Source of the DNA: Actinomycetota bacterium
Lineage (GTDB): Bacteria > Actinomycetota > AC-67
Direction: 5' to 3'
Assembly: GCA_035307625.1 (NCBI GenBank)
Contig: DATGHY010000358.1
Span: 2,031 to 66,030 of the forward strand
Length of the DNA stretch: 64,000 nt
The notes under the pieces are model-generated. The model was not told the origin of the DNA and did no database searches. It was given only the letters and a program-made list of their open reading frames with translations. Positions 46,860 through 55,683 of the stretch are shown here, one piece after another (position 1 is the stretch's first letter; each line of letters starts with the position of its first letter). The translations under genes were made by a program, and so were the position numbers.

Positions 46860-48146
46860 ATGCCCAGCCGACGGCCCACGGACAAGGGATTTAGCGACCT
46901 CCTCGAGGGAAAGCTCGTGGAGGCTTCGCCCGAGCTGGAGCGACTCCGCAAGATCGCGAACGCGCTAGCGCCTACCGAGCGCCCCTCCCCCTCATCGCAG
47001 TTCCGCGCGCGCCTGCGTAACGAGCTCTTGGCCGCAGCATCGGTATCCGAAGAAGACACGTTCGCCGCGCTGCTCGAAGGACTTCCGATCGAAGCGCCGG
47101 CCGAAGTCGGTGCGCTCGTCGCGGTCGCCGCGGCTTTGCAGCCCGCGAGCCTGCCGCTCCCGGATCCCGCGTTCCGTTATCGCTTGCGCAACGAGCTGAT
47201 CGACATGGCGTCCGGACGCAGCACGCTCGGCGCGCGCGCTCGCAACCGCTTCGTTGCGATCAACGAGCGCATGCGCCGAAGCTTCCGAGTCGTCGTTGCG
47301 ACGGGACTCGCCGCAGCGATCCTGGCCGGCGGGGGCGCGACGTTGGCGGCGGCTTCGAGCGCGCTGCCGGGCGATGCGTTGTACCCGGTGAAGCTCTTCC
47401 GAGAGAACGTTCAGCTTGCCTTCGCCTCCGGCACGACCGAGGGACTGAAGCGACTGCAGTTCGCGCGCACACGATTGGATGAGATCAGAGGCCTCGAGGC
47501 GCGCGGCTCGCGCAACTCAGATCTCTACATCTCGACATTGGATCGCATGGATTCGCTGACGCAAACGGGTAGCACGATCCTCATCGATGCGGTCCGTGCC
47601 GGCGGCGCGAAGACATCGATCCTGAAGAGTGTGGGCGGCTTCACGTCTGTGCAGCAGCAGGATCTGCAGGCGCTGATCCCGAACATGCCGGTCGGTGCGC
47701 TCCCCGCCGCGCGCGACTCCCTTGTCTTGCTCGAAACCGTCACACACACCGTGAACGCCGTGCTAAGCGGATGCCCGTGCAACCCGCCATCGAACCCGTT
47801 GATCCCGCAGTCCGGGTCGGCGACGAGCTCCAGCCCATCGGTGCAGTGCACGTGCAACCAGACCAACAACGGATCCGATTCGCAAGCGTCGGGCGGCAAC
47901 AGCAACAGCGGCGCGTCGGGCGGCAACACGCGCAACCCGGCGCAGAAGCCGCAGACGCCGACGACGTCACCGAGCGGTCCGGTCGAACAGCTCGTCCCCG
48001 ATGTGCCCGGGACGAATGTGGACAATCAAGTCACGGGTCTCATCGATTCGCTGATCTCGAAAGTGCCGGTGCCGGTGCCGTCGATCACGCCGCCGCCGCT
48101 CGTTCCGAGTCATTTGCCCACTCCGTCGTTGCCCGGGCTTCCGTAA
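46860..48146 (+). CDS. Anti-sigma factor (single TM; actinobacterial DUF5667-type) with Ser/Pro/Asn-rich C-terminal tail
   Basis: Directly downstream of the ECF sigma; predicted TM ..VVVATGLAAAILAGGGATLAAA..; extracytoplasmic domain; low-complexity C-terminus. Confidence 0.7.
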   Translation: MPSRRPTDKGFSDLLEGKLVEASPELERLRKIANALAPTERPSPSSQFRARLRNELLAAASVSEEDTFAALLEGLPIEAPAEVGALVAVAAALQPASLPLPDPAFRYRLRNELIDMASGRSTLGARARNRFVAINERMRRSFRVVVATGLAAAILAGGGATLAAASSALPGDALYPVKLFRENVQLAFASGTTEGLKRLQFARTRLDEIRGLEARGSRNSDLYISTLDRMDSLTQTGSTILIDAVRAGGAKTSILKSVGGFTSVQQQDLQALIPNMPVGALPAARDSLVLLETVTHTVNAVLSGCPCNPPSNPLIPQSGSATSSSPSVQCTCNQTNNGSDSQASGGNSNSGASGGNTRNPAQKPQTPTTSPSGPVEQLVPDVPGTNVDNQVTGLIDSLISKVPVPVPSITPPPLVPSHLPTPSLPGLP

Positions 48147-48383
48147 GAAAAACAAGCCTCGCGCGCGCGGTCCGTATCACCAGAAATCAGGCACGAACAG
48201 CGTTTCTTTCTGCGCAGATCAATCGTTACAAGAACGAGCAACGCTGCCTTGCAACGGCGGGACGAAGAACCGTTCGAATTGTCCCAGAGCGTCCGCGAGG
48301 AATCTGAAGGAAGTGCTTGTGCGCAACCGAATAGGCACAGACACGTGGTGAAACCGACGGCTTTGGGGCCAAGGGGGCAAGTC

Positions 48384-49991
48384 ATGAAGGTTCGTAACAC
48401 GATTCGCCGGTCGGCGGCAGTACTTGTCGTCGCCGTTGCTACGTTCGTAGCGGCGGGCTCCGGCGCCCAGGCAACGCCGACGATCCCGAACATCTTGAAC
48501 GGGGTCGCGGATGCCCAAGCGCTGCACCTCAAGCTTCAACTTCCCACGCTCGCCGGCTTCCAGAACACGCTGGCCGGCGTGCTTGGCGTTCCCGCTGCTT
48601 CGTTGCCTGCGCTTCCCGCGCAAGTCACGCAACTGCTGAGCAGCGTCAGCAACCTCGACGAAGTCATCTCGCTGAACCACGGCGAGGTCATGCACGGCGT
48701 CACGAAGGCCGTCAACCACGCGCTCGGTTTCGCGAACCCGCTGACCGGCACGCTCGACCCGCTTCTGAAGACGCTCGGCGTCAACTCGACGGCGGTCACC
48801 TCGAACTGCACCCAGGGTGCGGGCTGCGCAAGCTCGAACCCCCTCCCGAGCCAGCTGCAGAAGGGTCTCGACATCCAGCTGCCGGCCGGCCTCGGTGAGA
48901 TCAAGATCGCCGGTGCGCAGTCGGTTACGTCGAGCATGCTGAACACGCAGAACCTGACCGGACTCGTGAACGTGAAGCTCGGCCTGTCGGGTCTGTTCGG
49001 ACAGGTTCCTCAGCTCGCGCAAGTGAAGACCGCGATCCAGCAGCTGACCGACCAGCTCAACACGCAGGTCATCGGTCAGATCAACGGCGTCCTCGGCCCG
49101 GTCATCACGAAGCTGCAGGATGCGATCTCCACGACCCCGCTCGCGCCGGTTCAGGACGAGCTGAACAAGCTGATCAGTCTCAAGGGCATCATCAACGCGA
49201 TCCCCGACCTCACCCAAGCGGACCTCGTCGACCTGTCGGTTCTTACCGCCGGCGCGAACGTGGTCAACCAGATCGGCGCCAGCGGCAAGATGGGCGTCCT
49301 TTCCACGAGCAACTCCCAGATCGCGAACCTCGACATCCTCAAGCTCGGCAACGCCAAGGGCTGGGCGCATGTCGACGCGATCTCGTTGCTGACGAAGGCG
49401 TTCGCCGATGGCGTCAAGAGCGACTCGATCGCAGAAGCGACGAGCAACGCGACCGGTGGCAACATCGGCGGCCTGCTCGGCCTCCACATCTCCAACGCCG
49501 ACCTCGCCGACCTGCTGAACGGCACGGCGCTGTCGAAGACACTGACCGGCGTGCTTCAGAAGGCCGGCGTTCCGACGGACCAGGTTGCTCAGCTGACGGG
49601 TGCCGTCAACATGCTCTACAAGATCGCCGGCATCTCGGTTGAGAACGTTGCTCCGACCATCTTCAAGTCGGCAACTTTGGCATCGGCCAAGGCCGGCACC
49701 ATGAAGATCACCGTTGCTCCGCAGATCCCGGTCCTGAGCGACCTCTTGGGCTCGCTCACCTCCGGTACGGCGGCCGCCTCGGCGCTCAACCTGAACGCGG
49801 TGAAGTACCTGCCCTCCGGCATCGTGCTCTCGCTGGAGCTCCCGAACTCGTCGGCGCTGTCGTCGATGGGCACGGTCTCGGGTCATCTCCTGACGCCGCA
49901 CGCCCGCACGGGTGTCGGCACGCCGTTCGCGATCGCCTTCGTGCTCATCGGCGCGGCGGTCCTAGTGAAGCGCTTCGCACTGGCCAAGTAA
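48384..49991 (+). CDS. Large secreted Leu/Ala/Asn/Thr-rich protein with C-terminal membrane anchor (possible sorting signal)
   Basis: ATG with AAGGGGG ribosome-binding site; signal peptide MKVRNTIRRSAAVLVVAVATFVAAGSGAQA. C-terminus ..LTPHARTG-VGTPFAIAFVLIGAAVLV-KRFALAK (motif + TM + basic tail). Confidence 0.7.
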   Translation: MKVRNTIRRSAAVLVVAVATFVAAGSGAQATPTIPNILNGVADAQALHLKLQLPTLAGFQNTLAGVLGVPAASLPALPAQVTQLLSSVSNLDEVISLNHGEVMHGVTKAVNHALGFANPLTGTLDPLLKTLGVNSTAVTSNCTQGAGCASSNPLPSQLQKGLDIQLPAGLGEIKIAGAQSVTSSMLNTQNLTGLVNVKLGLSGLFGQVPQLAQVKTAIQQLTDQLNTQVIGQINGVLGPVITKLQDAISTTPLAPVQDELNKLISLKGIINAIPDLTQADLVDLSVLTAGANVVNQIGASGKMGVLSTSNSQIANLDILKLGNAKGWAHVDAISLLTKAFADGVKSDSIAEATSNATGGNIGGLLGLHISNADLADLLNGTALSKTLTGVLQKAGVPTDQVAQLTGAVNMLYKIAGISVENVAPTIFKSATLASAKAGTMKITVAPQIPVLSDLLGSLTSGTAAASALNLNAVKYLPSGIVLSLELPNSSALSSMGTVSGHLLTPHARTGVGTPFAIAFVLIGAAVLVKRFALAK

Positions 49992-50006
49992 CGCACGCAA
50001 ACTCGA

Positions 50007-50033
50007 AAGGGCGGCTCTAGGGGCCGCCCTTTC
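50007..50033. terminator. Bidirectional terminator hairpin (AAAGGGCGGC-TCTAGGG-GCCGCCCTTT)
   Basis: Perfect 10-bp stem between convergent genes; T-rich flank. Confidence 0.55.
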
Positions 50034-50048
50034 GCTTTGCTTGGATCG

Positions 50049-51047
50049 CTAGAAGAAGACGCTGCGGCGCGACATCAGGTTCTTGTACAGCGTCTGCTGG
50101 ATCGCTTCGCGCACTTGGTCGGTGAGGTTGAACACGAACATCGGGTCGAGTGCGGCGTCGGGCGTGAACGACTTCGTCTCGATCGGAGCGCCGTATTCGA
50201 TGATCCACTTCGACGGTAGCGGGACCGCACCGAGCAAGCCGAGCGCCGGGAACGTCGGCGTCACGGGGAAGTACGGGAATCCGAGCAGCCTCGCGAGCGG
50301 CTTCACGTTGTAGATCATCGGAAAGATCTCTTCGGCGCCGACGATCGACACCGGGATCATCGGCGCACCGGTGCGCAGCGCGACCTCTACGAATCCGCCG
50401 CGCCCGAAACGCTGAAGCTTGTACCGCTCGCGGAAGGGCTTGCCGATCCCTTTGTAGCCTTCGGGGAACACGCCGACGACCTCATCCGCGTCCAGAAGCC
50501 TTGTGGAGTCCTCCGCGCACGCAAGCGTGTTGCCGCTCTTGCGCGCGATCTCACCGACGAACGGAAGTCGGAACGGAAGATCCGCTGCGAGCAGCCGGCA
50601 GTGCCGGCCCGTCCCTTCGTAGACGGCGAGCTTCATCATCAGAGCGTCCAGCGGCAGTGTCCCCGAATGGTTCGAAACGAGGAGGGCAGGGCCCTTCGCC
50701 GGGATGTTCTCGAGGCCTCGTTGCTCGACGCGCCACCACTTGTCGAATAGCGGACGGAGGATCGGCAGGAGCACGTTCTCCGTCAAGTCTTTGTCGAAGC
50801 CGAAATCGTCGACGTCGTACCCTCCCGTCACTCGACGACGTAGGAACGCGAGGGTGCGCTCGAGGTCGGCTTCGAAGCGAGAGGGAACCGTGCTCGTCGC
50901 GCGCGTAGCGGCCGGCTCATGCCGCTTGCAGTAACCGGATGCACCTGCCCGGTTCCGGCACGGTCGTCCGTCCGCCGTGCGGCCGCGGCACAGCTGCGGG
51001 TCCGCGCGCTTCCCGTCTTGTATCCGAATGACTTCGGCTTCTGCCAT
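50049..51047 (-). CDS. 1-acyl-sn-glycerol-3-phosphate acyltransferase family (PlsC-like) with N-terminal Cys/His cluster
   Basis: HxxxxD motif (VSNHSGTLPLD), ..FPEGYKG.. motif; N-terminal CRGRTADGRPCRNRAGASGYCKRH. Confidence 0.8.
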   Translation of the reverse strand: MAEAEVIRIQDGKRADPQLCRGRTADGRPCRNRAGASGYCKRHEPAATRATSTVPSRFEADLERTLAFLRRRVTGGYDVDDFGFDKDLTENVLLPILRPLFDKWWRVEQRGLENIPAKGPALLVSNHSGTLPLDALMMKLAVYEGTGRHCRLLAADLPFRLPFVGEIARKSGNTLACAEDSTRLLDADEVVGVFPEGYKGIGKPFRERYKLQRFGRGGFVEVALRTGAPMIPVSIVGAEEIFPMIYNVKPLARLLGFPYFPVTPTFPALGLLGAVPLPSKWIIEYGAPIETKSFTPDAALDPMFVFNLTDQVREAIQQTLYKNLMSRRSVFF

Positions 51048-51050
51048 CGC

Positions 51051-52109
51051 TTACACCTTCGCTGTGTCGGGTGCGTTCCGACGGCGGCTGAGCCGTGCGA
51101 GGAAGTCGTACAGATCCTTCTCCCACTGCTCTGCTTGCTCTTCGGAGAACACCTTGGCGAGCTTGCTGCGCGTGATGAAGTCTTTAAGCGCTTCTGCGGT
51201 CGAGTAGCGTGGTGTGTACCCGAACTGCGTCTTCAAGCGGTTGACGTCGCCGACGCGGCCCCACTGCAGGAACTGAAGCTGCTCGGGCGAGAAATCGACC
51301 AGACCCGTCTGGCGGACCGCACTGCCGATCAGGTTCATGAATGGTGTCGCGATCGGGATCGCGACCTTCCCGGACATGCGCAGTGCTTGCGACAGGTAGA
51401 CGACGCCGTCGCCCGATGCGTTGAACGTGCCCGGATGGTGCTCGCGTGTCGAGCGCAACAAGATCTCGATGGCGTCGTCTTCGTGCAGCAGCTGGATGCG
51501 CGGGTCGAAGCCGAGCGCCGTCGGCACGATCGGCAGCGAGAAGTACCGCGTCAGCGGCGTGTCGATCTGCGGGCCGATGAAGTTCGCGAATCGCAGGATC
51601 GTCAGGTCGACGTCCGGACGCCGGCGACCGAAGCTGCGCGCGTAGTTCTCGACTTCCCACGCGTCTTTCGCGTACCCCGTCCGAGGGTGCGACGCGGGGC
51701 CGACATCTTCCGGGAAGATCGACGGATCTGTTGGATCGCTACCGTACACCGCGGTCGTCGACTTCATCACAACCTTGCGCAGCTTCTCCGCCTTCTGGCA
51801 CGCGGCGAACAGCTGCATCGTCCCGATGACGTTGATCTCTTTCATCTGCGCGCGCCCTCCGGCCCGGCCGGGCGTCGCGATCACGGCCGCGTGCACGACG
51901 GTATCGACCTCGGTCGCTTGCAGGACCTTGACGATCAGCGGGTTGCGGATGTCCGCGCGCACGAACTCGGTGCGCGCAAGCTCGACGCTCGGCGGCTCGA
52001 GATCGACGCCGAAGATCTCGCCCACGTCTGGGTCTTGCTCGAGACGGCGGGCGAGATGCCCGCCGAGGAACCGCGAGATACCTGTGATGAGAACGCGCTG
52101 CTTCGCCAC
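51051..52109 (-). CDS. NAD-dependent epimerase/dehydratase (SDR family)
   Basis: VLITGISRFLGGHLARRL Rossmann motif; 352 aa. Confidence 0.85.
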   Translation of the reverse strand: MAKQRVLITGISRFLGGHLARRLEQDPDVGEIFGVDLEPPSVELARTEFVRADIRNPLIVKVLQATEVDTVVHAAVIATPGRAGGRAQMKEINVIGTMQLFAACQKAEKLRKVVMKSTTAVYGSDPTDPSIFPEDVGPASHPRTGYAKDAWEVENYARSFGRRRPDVDLTILRFANFIGPQIDTPLTRYFSLPIVPTALGFDPRIQLLHEDDAIEILLRSTREHHPGTFNASGDGVVYLSQALRMSGKVAIPIATPFMNLIGSAVRQTGLVDFSPEQLQFLQWGRVGDVNRLKTQFGYTPRYSTAEALKDFITRSKLAKVFSEEQAEQWEKDLYDFLARLSRRRNAPDTAKV

Positions 52110-52174
52110 CGTCTCCCTCCGAAATCCTCGGCGCCAGGATAGTCGGCGGGGGCCATCGACACATATCGCGTGTG

Positions 52175-53017
52175 TTAATTCCCCGTGACTTGAACGCGCG
52201 CGACGATAACCGGATCGCCGCGGCGTGCTTCCAGCGCGTCACGTGCGTTGCCCATGTTCACGGCGATCGTCAAGTGACGATGTGAATCTTCGAGCAAGAT
52301 CAGGCCGCCCTTCTTCACTTCGCTGAAGGCTTGTGAATACGGCGCCTTGAACGAGCGGCCTCCAACGCGCACTTCCGTTTGGTCGCCCAGGATCACGCCG
52401 ATCCCCTCAAGCTCAGAGCGGCCGAAGTTGAGCTGCAGGTTGCCGAAGTGATCGACCTGCACGACGCGCGCGTGGATGTGATCGTCGTCGACCTTCGCGG
52501 GGGGCATCTCGATGCGGATCAGGCCGTCCACCATGCACTCGGATCCGACCTCTTCCAGATCCATGCCGAGCGCGATCCGCGCGGCCACCGGGGCGAAGAT
52601 GTCACGCCCGTGGAACGTCCGGCTGGGGGCGTCCAGGAACAACGACTCGTTCGTGATCGAGAACGCGCGCGTGGCGCCGCCGAGCGCTTCGGCCGCCAGC
52701 GAGAGGACGCCGTTATCCGGTCCCACGAGCGGCGATCCCGAGGCCGTCTGTATGGCCACCGCGCGACGAGGCGTCCCCACGCCGGGGTCCACGATCGCCA
52801 GGTGGACGGCTGCCGGCATGTAGCGCACGGCCTGGGCCAGCACGGTCGCCCCCGCCGCAACGTCCTGCGGTGGGATGCCGTGGGCGATGTCGAGGATCTC
52901 GACCTCGGGCGCGAACCGCTTGACGACGCCACGGCAAACGCCGACGAACTCGTCCTCGAGCCCGTAGTCGGAGAGGAACGTGATGAACCGGAACGTCGCT
53001 GCCACGCCTGCCCTCAC
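52175..53017 (-). CDS. SAM hydroxide adenosyltransferase family protein (DUF62, fluorinase/chlorinase-like fold)
   Basis: ..ITFLSDYGLEDEFVGVCRGV.. N-terminus and ..VDHFGNLQLN.. motif typical of the family. Confidence 0.78.
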   Translation of the reverse strand: MRAGVAATFRFITFLSDYGLEDEFVGVCRGVVKRFAPEVEILDIAHGIPPQDVAAGATVLAQAVRYMPAAVHLAIVDPGVGTPRRAVAIQTASGSPLVGPDNGVLSLAAEALGGATRAFSITNESLFLDAPSRTFHGRDIFAPVAARIALGMDLEEVGSECMVDGLIRIEMPPAKVDDDHIHARVVQVDHFGNLQLNFGRSELEGIGVILGDQTEVRVGGRSFKAPYSQAFSEVKKGGLILLEDSHRHLTIAVNMGNARDALEARRGDPVIVARVQVTGN

Positions 53018-53040
53018 CCCGGCGCGCGGCCGAATGCCGC

Positions 53041-53139
53041 CTAGGTCTTCTGTCGACGCTGCCAGCGAGTCTTCTTGAGCAGCTTCTTATGCTTGTGCTT
53101 GCGCATCTTCTTGCGGCGCTTCTTGACGATCGAACCCAT
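53041..53139 (-). CDS. 30S ribosomal protein bS22 (32 aa, Lys/Arg-rich)
   Basis: MGSIVKKRRKKMRKHKHKKLLKKTRWQRRQKT with AGGAGA ribosome-binding site 5 nt upstream. Closely resembles actinobacterial bS22 (MGSVIKKRRKRM..KHRKLLKKTR..). Below the ORF-track size cutoff. Confidence 0.8.
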   Translation of the reverse strand: MGSIVKKRRKKMRKHKHKKLLKKTRWQRRQKT

Positions 53140-53212
53140 CGATTCTCCTGTTCGCGAGCCTGCGCAGTGTAGCGGCTGGCCTGCGGCCACGGAAACAGGC
53201 TGCTCGAGATGC

Positions 53213-54097
53213 TTAATCAGAGATGAAGATGTCGCGCAGGTCGACCCCGGTCGTCCCGAAGTCCTCCGTCACCCGCACCGAGCCGAGACGCAGGGCCTTT
53301 GCGCCCTCGCCCTCGGTCGACATCATGTGCAATCCGTCCTCGCGGAGCTCGAGGATCCCCAGCCCGATGCAGTTGCCCTTGCCGTCCTCCAGACCGACCA
53401 GAAGCCGGTCGAGCGACGCCGGGTCGAGCTCGGGGGGTATCGACGGGACGAGGACGCTCGTCTTGACCTTCCAGTGGTTCAAGGGAGGCTCGAAGAACCG
53501 CCGCAGACCCTCTTGGCGCTGGGAGGCCCGCTCCTCAACGCTGGTGGCATCCACCGCGGGGTCCACGCTGAGGGCGTCGACCTCGGGCGGCAGGAGCCGG
53601 CGGACGCTGCCCAGGATGGGCTCGAGCTCGCCGCCGCGCTGGAACCCGACCACAGCTTCCGGCCGCAGCGCCTCAACTTTGTGGATCTTGAGGACCTGGC
53701 CTTGGGTGCCGTGGATGAAGCCGGTCGTGTCGACCATGACCAGGTCGGCGCCGGCTGCGCGCGCCTGCTCGACGAGCTTCATCGCGCCGATGACCATGGG
53801 AAGCATGTGGCCTTTGGGCGATGTGGAACCGACGAAGTAGATCGCGTCGGCGCGCGCCAGCCGCTCGGGCTCCAGGTCTTCCGCGCTGGATATGAATTTG
53901 AGCCCGATCGTGGTCGGGGGGCCGACCGTGCTCTGGCCGACGTCGCTGTCTACGTAGGCGACCGTCCGGCCAAGCCGCACGGCGACTGCTGCGCACATGC
54001 GGCAGAACGAGGTTTTTCCCGAGTCGAGGCCACCGAGGGCAAGGGTCGTCCCGCCGCGCTCAACGGTGCGCGCGACGACGCTGTCGTAAAGATCCAT
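53213..54097 (-). CDS. Clp1-like P-loop NTPase (polynucleotide kinase family)
   Basis: Walker A GGLDSGKTSF and downstream YVDSDVGQS (Clp1 DxDxGQ-type motif); 294 aa. Confidence 0.55.
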   Translation of the reverse strand: MDLYDSVVARTVERGGTTLALGGLDSGKTSFCRMCAAVAVRLGRTVAYVDSDVGQSTVGPPTTIGLKFISSAEDLEPERLARADAIYFVGSTSPKGHMLPMVIGAMKLVEQARAAGADLVMVDTTGFIHGTQGQVLKIHKVEALRPEAVVGFQRGGELEPILGSVRRLLPPEVDALSVDPAVDATSVEERASQRQEGLRRFFEPPLNHWKVKTSVLVPSIPPELDPASLDRLLVGLEDGKGNCIGLGILELREDGLHMMSTEGEGAKALRLGSVRVTEDFGTTGVDLRDIFISD

Positions 54098-54159
54098 GTG
54101 AACCGCCTCACGTCTATATCAACCTCCGGCACAGAGGCGGCGGCGAGCGTCGATGATCG

Positions 54160-54360
54160 CTATCCGGCGTCGACGTAGCTCGAGTTCAGGTATTCCTCGA
54201 GGTCGTTCTCACGGACACGGTAAGCCTTGCCGATCTGGACGGCCCGGATCTTCCCGGACCGGATCAGCCGATAGACGGTCATCTTCGAAACGCGCATACG
54301 CTCGGCAGCCTCTGATGCAGTCAGGAACCGGGGGCCGCCGGGCGAGTTATCTCTCGCCAC
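54160..54360 (-). CDS. Excisionase-family helix-turn-helix DNA-binding protein (MerR-superfamily, BldC-like small regulator)
   Basis: GTG start with GGAAGGAGA ribosome-binding site; ..RFLTASEAAERMRVSKMTVYRLIRSGKIRAVQIGKAYRVRENDLEEYL... Confidence 0.7.
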   Translation of the reverse strand: MARDNSPGGPRFLTASEAAERMRVSKMTVYRLIRSGKIRAVQIGKAYRVRENDLEEYLNSSYVDAG

Positions 54361-54455
54361 CGATCTCCTTCCGCTGAGGGGCACAGGATACACCTGGTAA
54401 CTGGGGTTAATAAATGGTGCATCCGATACTCCGCGTTGTACCGGTCTGACCGTTT

Positions 54456-55220
54456 TTAGCCGAGCCGGCCGGCGAGGTAGTCCCGAAGGGGCTCGTAGGC
54501 GACCGGCGGCAGGTTGTCGTCGCATGGCACCACGATCCGGACCAGCCCGTCGGCCTTGGCGACGGCGATCGCCGGGTCGTTCACGTCGGTGAAGCACACG
54601 GTCTCGACGCCTCGAACGATCGCAGCGCCGGCCCAGCCGTGATCGGCCAGGACGAGGTCCGGCGGTTCGATCACGTCGAGCAGCCGGTCCATCGGCCAGG
54701 ACTCGTGGGTATGGAGCAGGTCGGCGCCCCCCATGAGGACGGCCACGCCGTCGAGGTAGCGGATCCTCCGGCGGTGGTTGTCCGGCGATTCCATCCGCAC
54801 GTCGTCCATGGGAGTCTCGAGCTTCACCCCGCGAGTCACGAGGACGCGGGCCAGCGCCATATACATCGGGAGGAGACCGGTGGGGTGCCCGGTAGCGATC
54901 AGCATCCGCTCCCCCGTCTCGGCTGCGCGCGCGAGGCGGTCCTCCAGGGCGTCGAGGGCTTCCAGGATCAGATCCGGATCGATCACGCCGCCCCCGGTGC
55001 GCTCTTCCAAGGACGGCGAGCAGCCGCACAATGCGGCAACGGCGTCCATGACGCCCTGGGCATCGCGGCCCCGCGCGCCGATGCCGAGGGACTTGTCGGG
55101 GTCTCCCGCGGCCAGCTTCTCGGCGTTCGAGACGGTGTTCTCCCTGGTCGTCGCAGTCTCGCCGCCGATCACGCTCGACAGGAGATGCGCGCGCAGGAAG
55201 CGGCGCTGCTCGGGGGTCAT
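54456..55220 (-). CDS. Hypothetical protein (conserved His/Asp-containing soluble protein, family not recognised)
   Basis: 254 aa ORF with high third-position GC; ..IATGHPTG.., ..LLHTHESWP... No confident family assignment from sequence alone. Confidence 0.5.
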   Translation of the reverse strand: MTPEQRRFLRAHLLSSVIGGETATTRENTVSNAEKLAAGDPDKSLGIGARGRDAQGVMDAVAALCGCSPSLEERTGGGVIDPDLILEALDALEDRLARAAETGERMLIATGHPTGLLPMYMALARVLVTRGVKLETPMDDVRMESPDNHRRRIRYLDGVAVLMGGADLLHTHESWPMDRLLDVIEPPDLVLADHGWAGAAIVRGVETVCFTDVNDPAIAVAKADGLVRIVVPCDDNLPPVAYEPLRDYLAGRLG

Positions 55221-55266
55221 GCGAAAAGTCTAGCGGGTGCCCCGTTCGCGGGACGGTCGTAGAATC

Positions 55267-55683
55267 GTGAGCGTGAACGTCTTCAAGAGCGCGGCGGAAC
55301 GCCGCATCGAAGCGCTGACGTGGGGCGCCCTGCTCGTGTGGGTCGGGATCTCGTTGATCGTGGATCTGCACCGTGGCGTGCCGAGCCTCGTTGCCGGATC
55401 GATCCTCCTTCTGTCCGCGCTGTATCAGCGCGTTCGGGGTTGGGAAGCAGGCATCATCCTGTGGGCCGGCGGCTTGGCGCTCACGATCTCAGGGCTGAAC
55501 GACCTGCGAGCAGGCCACCATCATCTGTCGGTGCTCGCCATCGTCCTTATCCTGATCGGCGGGTCGATCGTGCTCCGTGCCGTCTCGGGCCCGGGGCCGC
55601 GCGCGCGGCGACGCCGTCAGATCCTCGAGTCGGTCAAAGAGCAACGCGGACCGTTCGACGCCGGTCCGTATCGCGACGTCTAG
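55267..55683 (+). CDS. Small membrane protein (3-4 TM), possibly leaderless
   Basis: GTG directly downstream of a TAGAAT -10-like hexamer; hydrophobic helices (..LTWGALLVWVGISLIV.., ..LVAGSILLLSALY.., ..LSVLAIVLILIGGSIVL..). Confidence 0.4.
   Translation: MSVNVFKSAAERRIEALTWGALLVWVGISLIVDLHRGVPSLVAGSILLLSALYQRVRGWEAGIILWAGGLALTISGLNDLRAGHHHLSVLAIVLILIGGSIVLRAVSGPGPRARRRRQILESVKEQRGPFDAGPYRDV

Noticed and set aside
49930-49991. Canonical LPXTG sortase signal on the 580-aa secreted protein
   Set aside because: The motif is HARTG, not LPXTG/LAXTG. It is therefore reported only as a sorting-like C-terminal anchor.
54160-55371. 403-aa ORF ending in the excisionase-like HTH
   Set aside because: Only the last 66 residues are HTH-like and have a strong RBS plus GTG start. 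The rest is an Arg/Pro/Gly-rich artefact antisense to the 54456..55220 gene.
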